Shown here: positions 50,004 to 61,600 of the stretch, piece by piece
How the letters are laid out: every line of letters starts with the position of its first letter
Numbering within the stretch: position 1 is the first letter of the stretch
NCBI RefSeq assembly: GCF_964355755.1
Contig: NC_092676.1
Span: forward strand, 19,362,871-19,426,870
DNA length: 64,000 nt
From: Antedon mediterranea
Taxonomy: Eukaryota > Animalia > Echinodermata
Reading direction: 5' to 3'
The notes under the pieces: model-generated
Seen by the model: only the letters and a program-made list of their open reading frames with translations
Told to the model about the DNA's origin: nothing
Database searches by the model: none
Program-made: the position numbers and the translations under genes

Positions 50004-53000
50004 TGTAACACTCTGACCATCAGGTCAACAACCCTTTTTCACTATTTCTCCCTACTCCATCTATTAACATTCCTAGTGGTTTCTTCCTATCCCTAGGTAC
50101 TCTTTGTTCACTCTCCTATAACCCACATCCTTAATAAATTACTGTTTCCTCATCATCATGGAATGTTCCCTTTACTAAATAGTCCCCTCCCAGTACATGC
50201 ATATTAATTAGGACCGTTCCTTAAATATGAATGTATACTGGTAAGAGGAGAGAAGGAAAAGAGCTTGGTAGAATAAAACCTTTATAATAGAGAGAAGAGA
50301 AGGAAAAGAGCTTGGTAGAATAAAACCTTTATAATAGAGAGAAGAGAAGGAAAAGAGCTTGGTAGAATAAAACATTTATAATAAAGAGAAGGAAAAGAGC
50401 TTGGTAGAATAAAACATTTATAATAGAGAGAAGAAAAGGTATGTAATATAGCCAGAACAGACTGTATTACATTGCATATTTAAATAAAACTGTATCTGAC
50501 CATAAACCATATTTGCTGTTGGTACATTTTGTGACTGTGTGAAATCCTGCCGCTAAGACTATATGGTATAGTAACGGATACACTAAAATTACACCGTTAC
50601 AACTGGTTCCCACACCAATTTGGACCCACAGAAGCCAATAAAACAAAAAGAAAAAAGAAGAAAAAAAAAACTAGAAGATAAAACATGGATCAGATTTGGA
50701 ATTTGTGGAGCAGCAGATGCTGATGGATGAATGAACACAGACAAAGAAGAGCAAAAGAAGAAGAAAAGAAGATTATTGGATGAAACAATTGCAGGACCAA
50801 CCCCAGAAATAGAAAACGGAAGACAGAAGAAAAAAACACCGAGGCAAAGAGACGAAGAACGAAGACCGAAAAGAAGATGATTTTTTACTATTGATCATTA
50901 ACTGTTTTTGCGACCTTTTGTTTAACTTTCTTTTCTTTTATAAACATTTTGTTTGTGGATGGCTTGGCTGATTTATTTTTAAACATTATTTTGGATAGCC
51001 CATAGTATATTCAACTTGATTTGAACACTATTAATGAAGTGGTAAGTGATCCATCATTTCTAGTTCTTTTCTATAACCTCCTCTTTCTTCGGGTGATATA
51101 ATATAGGTATAGATATAATAATATTGTAACATGTTTTTACGTTCGGGAAATACGGCTGTTAATACCCCAATTTCCACACACTAGCCCTTTCTTTCTAGTC
51201 CATGGACGAAATGTCCGCTTACCCCAACATATCCCCTCAGTTGGTGAAACCCCTATAGCTCATCACTCGCAGTCGGTATATGTTGACGATCTCGCTAAGC
51301 GAATACAAGATGCACACCAAATGGCCCTAGACAATACTTTACGACAAAAGGAAAGGCAGAAATCTACATATGATTTAGCCGCACGTTTTACCCCTTACAA
51401 TGTTGGCGACAAAGTTTGGCTAGATGACCCAGCAAATTCTAGAAAGAAGTTAACACCGAATTGGATTGGACCCTACCTCATAACTAAAGTAGATAAGGGA
51501 GGCAGAACGTATCTACTCCAAAATTCCAACACCCTTAAACCCCTATCCCGACGCATACATCACGACAGACTGAAACCCTTTGTCGAACAATCCGTCAGAA
51601 CAAGGTATGGCCGAAAAATTAACCCTCCTGCTAGATATGACATTTAACTCAACATGATCGACTTGTCATTCTGTTGTTTTTAAAGTTTTTACTTTAATTT
51701 GCAATTTCCTTAATAGGCTTAAGATTTAAGTTTGTGAAAAAGTTTGTTTTCAAATATTTTTTTTCGTTAAATGGATTTTTTTTTTTTAAATCTCATTGTA
51801 AATATCATAATATAGTACATTTAGTTGTTTAGATTGTATAACCTTGTTTACCAGATTTACTCACTGCCGAGAACAGAGTAAATGTGAGAGGTTTACTTGT
51901 TCAATGCCGATCATTAATTCTATTCTTTTTTTTATTTACTCCGACTACTGTATGTGTTAGGCAATCACTTTTTCTTGAGTTTAATATTATTTTGTCTTTT
52001 ACTTTGTGATTTATGTTATGGTGTCTTGATTAGATTATACACTTCATTGTGTTCTGATCATCATGCCGACTATTGGCACTCGATTAAGTTCCATTTAGTG
52101 TCGTTCCTGAACATGATATATATTTATCTAGGGATTAAATGACCTGCGACCAGGCAAATTCGAATAGCCACATCGATAGTCAAAATTTGTCATTGTTCTT
52201 GTCACGTTAGATTTATTATCCATAGAACTGTTTATTCCGACATTAGATCGTACCTGATCTTAACTTTCGCGATTATGGGTTTTAAACAACCGGCGACGAA
52301 TGGAAATAAACGTTTTGGATTTTATTAATTACATGTATGTTTTGTTCTATATTTGGTAATTTTTTCCTCTTGTTAAAATTTGTTTGCTTAATTATTACAT
52401 TGTGTACTAACTCCGCCGTAATTGCCGACAACGTTATACAAATATTTGAAAACATGTTACGATTGTATACTATATCACCATTCTTTTTACTCTCCTTCAC
52501 TTGTGTTTTTCAATCTATACTTTCTATTCTCAATGATGGTTCACTTTTGCATAAACTTATTTTAATTAATTGCATGTTTTAAAACTTATAATATTTTATA
52601 TTTTGTTATATTCCGTATACTTACGTAATATAATTTTCATTACTTGTTTATTTTTAATTACTAGTAGCAGTAGTAATGTATTATCATCATTATATTTTGA
52701 TTTTGGAATGATAGTTCATTCCCTTTACTTGATATTACTTGATTTTGTTTTTTAATTTAATTAGCATACAGTTTTAATTTCAGCATTTACTTAATTACTT
52801 AATTTCTTTTATATTACAATTATCTTTTATTTTAAATATACGAAGTGGGACACTTCTTTGGTAGAGAGGGAATAATGTAACACTCTGACCATCAGGTCAA
52901 CAACCCTTTTTCACTATTTCTCCCTACTCCATCTATTAACATTCCTAGTGGTTTCTTCCTATCCCTAGGTACTCTTTGTTCACTCTCCTATAACCCACAT

Positions 53001-53473
53001 CCTTAATAAATTACTGTTTCCTCATCATCATGGAATGTTCCCTTTACTAAATAGTCCCCTCCCAGTACATGCATATTAATTAGGACCGTTCCTTAAATAT
53101 GAATGTATACTGGTAAGAGGAGAGAAGGAAAAGAGCTTGGTAGAATAAAACCTTTATAATAGAGAGAAGAGAAGGAAAAGAGCTTGGTAGAATAAAACCT
53201 TTATAATAGAGAGAAGAGAAGGAAAAGAGCTTGGTAGAATAAAACATTTATAATAAAGAGAAGGAAAAGAGCTTGGTAGAATAAAACATTTATAATAGAG
53301 AGAAGAAAAGGTATGTAATATAGCCAGAACAGACTGTATTACATTGCATATTTAAATAAAACTGTATCTGACCATAAACCATATTTGCTGTTGGTACATT
53401 TTGTGACTGTGTGAAATCCTGCCGCTAAGACTATATGGTATAGTAACGGATACACTAAAATTACACCGTTACA
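50004..53473 (+). mobile_element. Non-autonomous Gypsy-type LTR retrotransposon (3470 bp)
   Basis: 598-bp LTRs at 50004-50601 and 52876-53473 (TGTAAC..GTTACA; no difference seen by eye; internal about 47-bp repeat x4). TSD TTAC; PBS TGGTTCCCACACC at 50604-50616; polypurine tract at 52860-52875. No RT or RNase H. Confidence 0.95.
51321..51647 (+). CDS. Gypsy integrase C-terminal (GPY/F) fragment
   Basis: RQKSTYD..YNVGDKVWL..KKLTPNWIGPYLITKV..RRIHHDRLKPF. The frame stays open upstream to 51102 and includes SPFFLVHGRNVRLP, the end of the integrase core. Confidence 0.8.
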   Translation: MALDNTLRQKERQKSTYDLAARFTPYNVGDKVWLDDPANSRKKLTPNWIGPYLITKVDKGGRTYLLQNSNTLKPLSRRIHHDRLKPFVEQSVRTRYGRKINPPARYDI

Positions 53474-54174
53474 TTACTACTCTTTCAATGAAAATTGTTA
53501 CGTACTTTTTTTCTACTATTATATAGGTATATTATTATAGGCCTATGTTTTATTTAGGTCTACTCCTATAGAGTTATATAGTATTTTGGCGGTTTAAAAT
53601 CTGACCTATTACACATATTAATACATATATCCCAACCAATCAAATAATTTGGCCTTACAGGAATTCCGTACAGATACTGTGACGTGTAAACCTCTACTAT
53701 TTCCATTTTATCTCTTCTTTGAATGTAATATAACGTTTTGTCGGTTTCTAAATAAAGTGATTTTGTTTGAACTGAACTGACTTCAGAATAGTATCCGGTA
53801 TAGGTGAAAGCGTCTTTAACGCGTCGTCGTGCTGTACCGTAACCATTCTGTACTGTGGTTGGACGACGCACTAATACTCTTAAAGCTCAATTAGGTGGAA
53901 AATTATACGTCATCAGGCTCCATTATCCACTTAACTCCGATGACGCCCGACGACAACATTACCTTGGATTTGGGGTGAACGTCGCACGCCCTCCGGAACA
54001 TTCCTTCGATGTGGCTCATTGAGACATGGCCTTGGCGAGCTGACACAAACCCTGGTAGTGACCGTTACTGTGGTTAATGAAGAAACTGTCTAATTAGTTG
54101 CTGATGTTTATTTAATATTCATAACTTTCCTTTTCGACTTGATAAATCCTCCTTAAATCCCATCTGAATGGTTT

Positions 54175-54520
54175 TCCCAACACCGTGTTTTTCTCAACAC
54201 CGTGTATTTCCCCACACCGTGTATTTCCCCAAACCGTGTATTTCCCCAAACCGTGTATTTCCCCACACCGTGTTTTTTCCCAACACCGTGTTTTTCTCAA
54301 CACCGTGTATTTCCCCACACCGTGTATTTCCCCACACCGTGTTTTTTCCCACGCCGTGTTTTTTCCCCACGCCGTGTTTTTTCCCCACGCCGTGTTTTTC
54401 CCTCACGCCGTGTTTTTCTCCACGTCGTGTTTTTTCCCACGCCGTGTTTTTCCCCACGCCGTGTTTTTTTCCACGCCGTGTTTTTCCCCACGCCGTGTTT
54501 TTCCCCACACCGTGTTTTTA
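54175..54520. repeat. Minisatellite with about 19-21 bp unit (TTCCCCACACCGTGTATT / CCACGCCGTGTTTTT)
   Basis: About 17 tandem units; source of all overlapping ORFs at 54112-54681. Confidence 0.95.
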
Positions 54521-55349
54521 GTGGGCTTGACTTGGCTGCTCTCCGTTTGTTTCTGTCGATTCTCTCTTCTTTCCATACAATCGTTTTCTTTTCTGGTTCA
54601 ACATCCAGGTTAGGCTTTACTTACTTAATTTTATACGGTACGCATTTATGCTATAAACAATTTTGCCCTTTAGCATTATAAACAGTTATATAGTGTTTAC
54701 AGTGTCTATTGAGTGGGAAGTAGGTGTATGCTAGGCTGTGTGATGAAGATATAACCCAGTCAACTTTCGTATTATCGAAGACAAATTGTGAACAAATAGA
54801 ATTTTGATTTTTAAAACCACTACAAGTTTGGCATTACCCCTTTCACGTCACTTAGCGAAACTTACACACGCCATAATCATCTCATGAATTATTCATGATT
54901 TCTGCCTTAACTTGATAGGGGAAAAGATGATGCACACAGCTGGTGTATGTAAACTTCGGCGTTTTGCTAGAAGGGTATTCATAAGTAAGCGTTTCAGTTT
55001 GTTCATTAATGAACCACTTACAAACACATTTACGCGCACGTATTGTTTTGCTTGGATGAATTCATTTATTTATACACTAGGAATATTTTATAGATGTTGA
55101 GCTCGTGAGTCTTGAATGAAGTGTTACTGACGAAATGCCACGTTAAAAAGTTATCATTACTAGAGGGCGCAGTTTTATGATATTGCCTAATGTTGATCAC
55201 TTTCACGCAATTCAATGCAGTTGCAATGAGCAAATGCCAAATTCACAAATGTCAAATTCACAAATGTTGCTTTATTGTAACGTTTATCTTGTTGAATTGA
55301 TTTTCTCCATGCCTAGTAAACCAAGTAAACCAACTGTATTCTTTAGCTT

Positions 55350-55494
55350 CAAACTAGTTTAGCAAAATGTGTGATGTGCCCAAATATGGTAGTGATATGC
55401 CCAAATTTGGTAGTAATATGACGTCATCGTGTCCATTATGGGCACATCATATTTTGTCACATACAGTTTGATAGTGTAGGCCTAGACAGAGCTT
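55350..55494. mobile_element. MITE family A copy (reverse orientation)
   Basis: CAAACTAGTTT..GTGATGTGCCCAAATATGGTAGTGATATG..AGTTTGATAGTGTAG..ACAGAGCTT. Confidence 0.75.
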
Positions 55495-55821
55495 AAAATA
55501 CAGGTTATTTCTTTCATACGAACTGGTAGGTTATAGGCTAAGTTAAAGGCCTAAATGTTATAACAAACATTACTACAGTTGTAAATACATGTTTTCCATT
55601 CATTTTAAGCTAACAATATCATCAACATACTCAGACGTTAAACGTGCATCCGAGTGATGTATGTATAGTTATATAATGATGATAAAGACATTTGTATTTT
55701 GAAGCATAACGTTAAAATTGCTATCAATCTCTCATCATAGTCATTATGTCAGCAAGCGTAAAAATAACAGGTTGCCGTTGAGTTAAGTGTACTAGACATC
55801 ATTGTTAGAACATAGTATGCT

Positions 55822-56055
55822 AAAGCTATGTCTACACTATCAAACTAGTTTGAAAAAACAATTGTGATGTGCCTAAATATAGTAGTGATATAATAGAGAG
55901 AGGCAAACGTTAGTAAAGTACAAGCAATACGGCGATTCGAACCTCGATCTCACGATCAGCAGTCGAACGTCCAACACACTACACCACACGCCCTTAATAT
56001 GACGTCATCATGCCCAAATATGCGCACATCACATTTTATAGTGTAGACAGAACTT
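55822..56055. mobile_element. MITE family A copy with a nested tRNA-derived insert (about 55892-55995, minus)
   Basis: MITE halves flank GGGCGTGTGGTGTAGTGTG..GGTTCGAATCGCCG (A and B boxes, minus strand). Confidence 0.72.
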
Positions 56056-58549
56056 CTTGAATTTCACTTGATATTTTATACTACAGAACATAATTTTTTT
56101 TTATTTTAAAAAGTTATAACGTACCCTAATTTAATTTTAGTAGGTAGTCATTTACCATTGCTTTTTTATTTTTGTTTAGCTTTTAGAATTAAAATATAAA
56201 CTATATATAAATTTGTTTTTGATAGTAAAAATCTAGTTTTCAAGTATATTAATACATTATAATGCGAAACCTCTTCGTAGATGGAACTAACTTTTTATTC
56301 ACAAGTTATCTAAATCGCGTTATACAAATGTTTTGACAATAATTTAACCTTAACAAAAATTACTCAATGTAAAGTTATTGGTATTTAAAAGCCTAGTTAT
56401 TTCTAGAACATTTAAAGGTATCCATTATGTCAATCTACATATATGGTCCAATTATCTTTAGTCCAGATCATTTATATTTCGAAGATTTTATTCAACACCT
56501 TTTTCCTGACTTCATGTTTGAAATGTATGCACTATGAGTGATCGGTAAACGAGTTTTGGTCATCCATACCAGCATTTGTTATTTATCTTTTATGGACTTG
56601 AAAAGGTAGAATAAATTGATACTAATATGTGAATAGTGTACTGCAGGATTAGGTATATTACATGTAGTCAATAACATAAAATAAATCTCCACGATTAATG
56701 ATTTGAGAGGTTTGCATGATCACTGAGCATAATCAGTAAATCTATTGATTTTTAATCGATATAGATCTTGTTTTTATTTTCTGTTGATGGCATCCTGATA
56801 AAGGTTCGTTCTCATTGACCGAGCCCGGATTCCGGTCATTTCAGAGCGTAGCTACATACAGCCTGGAGCTTTTCTAAGGCCCAAGGTAACAAAGCATATT
56901 CCAGAGGCTGAATGTGAAGAAGACGGAGAGAAACGGAGAGATATTATTTTCCAATTGAATTAAAAAGAACATTTATTTCTTAGTGTAATATAAATATGAA
57001 CGAATGCAACTTTTGTAACATTTTACTTTCATTTAGGCAATATAAGGAAATTCCAATACTACTCCCTAAATGTCTGGTAAAGCATGACATGCTGATAGTA
57101 CATGTCATGTCACTTACATTTAGATGCAGCAGTAGTATATGAAGCTGTAACATTTAAAAAGTTTCATTGAGTTTATATCACTGATTATCAGTGAACCGAA
57201 GCATGATATTTTAATGTGTTATATACATTAACAATTCTTAGTAGAGGTTACAGAAAAGTCATCATTTAATGTTTTATTTTTACCGGGTAACTAACCTCAT
57301 TTAGATCATTCAGGAGGTAACATTAAGAATATAGGCCAATTCAACGTATCAAACCCCTCACCCCGCTCCCCACCCCCTCTATCCTGTCGTCATAATTATT
57401 ACGGTAGTTAGTTTACAACATGGTTTGTTGAATTTGCTTTACATGCAGTGCTTTCTTTTGATTTCTTTCGTGAATACGGTATGTCAGTGGATGACATTTC
57501 CATGGCTGACATCTATTAGGTTTACATGATGACCCATGACCTGCACATTATAGGAAAGGTTTTGTGTGGTGAATAATACTTGTAATGAAATAATTAAAGA
57601 AATTAAGAGAAACGAAATACTTGATAGTATACAGAGGTCGACAGAGATTTTCCCAAAAACATGAAAAAATAATAATAAAATCAGATTTTGATTAGACCAT
57701 TTTGTACCGGAAGTTTTAATAAAGTTAATCACTTCCTCGGGAAAAAGAAAATAAAGTTTTCAATTACAAAAAGACCAAACAAACTGTTAAATTCAACCAA
57801 AAACTTATTTTCTGGCAAACAATTTGACTATTTTTTTGCTTTGAATTACAGTTTGTTCAGGTAAATAAATGTTTTCACTTGGTCAAAGTGAATAACTATT
57901 AGAACAATTTGAAACAATGTTTTCACAGGGACAATATCTTTAAAATGTTGGCCCATATTGAAGGTTTTGAAAAGCTTTTGTGACGTCACCAGTATATCGA
58001 GAATCAATAGCCATGATCTTTGTTTATTCAGGATAACTTTATTATTGTAAAAATGTTCGTGCATACAATTTAAGAACTTGGCTTGGTTTAAATTTTTCCA
58101 AGTAACAAAATGATGTAACAAAATGATGTGAATATTATCTGTTTCTGTCTTCAATGTTTTTAGAATAACATGAACTCATCCAAATGTAATAAACATTATT
58201 TCAATCAAATATGTCTCTTTAGTCTACCGCCTCACATTTCAGTGGATATTTATTACACCGTAGACGGTAACATTCAAAACTAACATATGTCTATTTATTT
58301 TACTGTTTCAGTAAAACTGTCGTCACTCTTACTTTAAAAGAATATTGATGAATCGATCGAATCTATTTCTCTTTAATCTTAAATCTTTTGAAACCAAAAT
58401 AGATCGCCAAGTAATGTTTAAGTATTGCAAGATACGCATTAAAATCGACTAAAAGTGCGTTAAAGACTTTTATGTAGCTAGTAATACTTAGATTGGCACA
58501 ATTGTACTGTCGTTAATCCGATGTTTTAAATGTCTTGGGAATTGTGAGT

Positions 58550-58561
58550 GGTATATAAAAT
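58550..58561 (+). promoter_or_regulatory. TATA box of the plus-strand IGFBP-domain gene
   Basis: GTATATAAAA about 90 bp upstream of the ATG at 58645. Confidence 0.65.
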
Positions 58562-58644
58562 AGCGGTTGTCGTTGAACCGAGCACTTACTTCACTTTCAC
58601 CATACTTCTTCACAACTTTGAAGTAGTCGACCAAAACGTGGAAG

Positions 58645-61600
58645 ATGAAAGTAGTATTGGCTCTTGTAGTTGTGTCCATAGCAATCTCATGGTAAGCGTT
58701 TCTTATTGTATTTCCATTATATTGTTTATTACTGTTATATAACATTAGACTCATTTATTAGTTTCAAGCAATGTTAGACCTATTTAAATTTGTTTAGGCG
58801 CATTGTAATTAATGGAGGCATTTAAAACGAACGCTATCTTGTCAACTTTAAAATCTTACGTTTACCAACAATGATATAGTATAGTACCGTATAGGCCTAA
58901 ACTAAATGCAGTGATCTCTTTGAGGGTTTAGAGGCTCCGTTTGCGTTTTTCAGAAATATTCTTTGGTGATTCATTATTTAGGTTAAATTTATAACATCCA
59001 AATAAAAATATTAATAATAAATAATATAAGTTGATATTGTCACTGTAGTTAGTTCGGATTATTAACTTTTTTCCCATTTTTTTTAATAGGCCATTTTAAT
59101 GTCACATAATAGTCGGATCGGAAAAAACATTATTTAAACTGTAATTTAAAGCAAATTGGCTGCCAGCCAATGCGTGTTTGGTTAAATTTAACCGGTTATT
59201 TGTCATTTTATAAGTGATATAAGTGAAAACATTGTTTTTCGGGAATTTTATCTACAGACAAAAACTTTAACTATGTTAAAACTACAAAATGACCTACTTA
59301 AAGTTTTTCATGTTTTAGGAGGACAGTATAATTATTTTATCAATAATATAATTATATACATATACACGTTTTCTCGGTTTTTGTTTTTAACCTCTGTTTC
59401 GATAGGCAGAAATTATTGCCAATAAATAATTATGTCATTACTGCATACCAGCTTACTAAATATTTAGTATACTTTCTGATATAGGCCCAAGATTAATTTT
59501 TTTTTAAATTAATTCATTACTGCATACAAGATTGATTTTACTTTGAGATAAGATTAATTTAATTATTCTGTCCGCTTTGTAGCATCGATGCATTGAGTTG
59601 CAGATGCGACGATGACTGGCAATGCAGAAAATCAATCTGGGACAGCCATTGCAAACCTGGCGCCCATTTTGTATCCGGAATGTGCGGATGTGAACTAACT
59701 TGCTCAAAGGTAATAATGTTTGTTACTCTTTTGTTAATTGTAAGATGTTGTCTTCATGTAGCTTAGACGATTGGTCTGTGCGTGCCTCCTCATTATTTTA
59801 AAATTCAATTCTGGATGGTTGGATGCCCTGTATTGTAATAAAAATAACATTTATCATAGCCTTCATTGAAACTATTACCAATGTATTCGGTGGAATCTTA
59901 TAAAAAAAAGAGAAACATATATTCGGGATAACAAAATTATCAGTAAACTTTTAATAACGAATTGTCCGTGACACAGAGGACTGATACATATAATTTTACC
60001 ATACACTTTCTCTCCTTTCGTATCATTGACAAACAATTGCTTTGAACCCGATAAGTCTCTCTTCTTACATGTTACGCATCATGGGTTCGACTAGGTACTT
60101 GAACCATTGTAAATGTTCTCATTAGCACATTTAGAAGGTAATTAACATTACTGTAATGTTGCCAAAAAGTTACGGGATCAATGATTTGACACAATTAGGC
60201 CTAACCCAAATGCTTGATCTACGCTCGTTTGCCTAATATTTGTTCAAATAAACTCATCATTAGGTTAATGGAACGAGCTAAAAGGCATTATAAAAATAAT
60301 TAAACAACATTCCATTGTATACTTATTTACATGATTATGCTGACAGTCCTTTTCTGGATCAACAGTTTTGAGGTGACTATCCAGATCTCTAGATTTCGTC
60401 ATTTTGAATTCCGGCAATAAACATCATTATTACCGAACACTTTTTTGTCGTCTGATTGTGTAAACCAATCAAATGTCACCAGGCTGTTGTTTTCACATAT
60501 CATTTAACATGATCACTATTAAAATACTTAAAAAATGACTTCTTGAAATGACATCCTGAAAGTTGGTAAACTGTTGATGAATTAAGACAATCTTCTACTG
60601 TACTGCCCATCAACAAAATGTTTTGTTTTAATTGTCTTCTATGACTTGCTGGTGTTGATCATTTTGTTTAGGTAGATTATCATAAGCAAATTAACTCTAA
60701 ATGAGGTTACGGTACATCATGTTTGTCCATAAGTACATTTACTATAATACACGTAATATTTAGAATATTTTCGTGCTTATTCGCCTTTAAAGTAAACCTC
60801 GTTACTGACAACATGGAAAGTCAGGAAATCGAGATACCAAAACAATTTAACTATAAAATCTACTTATATCACAAAATGTACACGACCTTAACTTTGTATT
60901 ATTATTTACTAAAGTATTGTATAATGTTTTTTTATGCTATTGACATTTTCTAGAATTTATTAAAATGATTGGTCTTGAAATTTTCTTTCTTTTAGATCGA
61001 GGGTGAACAGTGTGGAGGATTATGGGACATTAATGGTAAATGCTCAGTTGGTTTGGAATGTGTGAACGAACCTCAACCCGAGACTCCAGAAAACATTTTC
61101 TTTATGGATGCTGGGGTTTGTCGAAGAATAGGTAATGTTACTTATGATGTTTATTAGCCTATTATTATTTTATTCTTTATACCATGATTGTATTGCGCAG
61201 TCGCTTTAACTAAGCAGTACCAAAATTACTCCGCTGTACAATGATAGCATCCGCAACAGCGTCAACAATTTCAAAAAGTGTGTGTGAAATACGCAGGTGA
61301 GGCGACATCTTGCTAGCAAAACCATCTTTGGATTGAATTAATTTCGATTTTTTTTTTTACTTTTCAAAATAGAAGACTTGAGTACAAACACACAAGGTAT
61401 TAAAATAGTATTATTTTTTTTCCAAAATATTTTGTTCGGTATGCGCTTAAATAAATGGCAAAATTACTAATTTCGATAATATTTATGATAAAGATGACAT
61501 AATTATGAATGTTTGAAAAAAATAATGTTACACCAATCTTACTTTTTTCGTTTCTTTCTTTTTATTCTCTTTTCTTTCTTTCCTTTTCTGTTCCTTCTGT

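Noticed and set aside
53963-54067. GC-richer exon-like segment on the minus strand with AG/GT ends
   Set aside because: Open in only one phase, with no recognisable product and no partner exons found.
54112-54681. Six overlapping ORFs up to 159 aa
   Set aside because: They derive from the stop-poor minisatellite.
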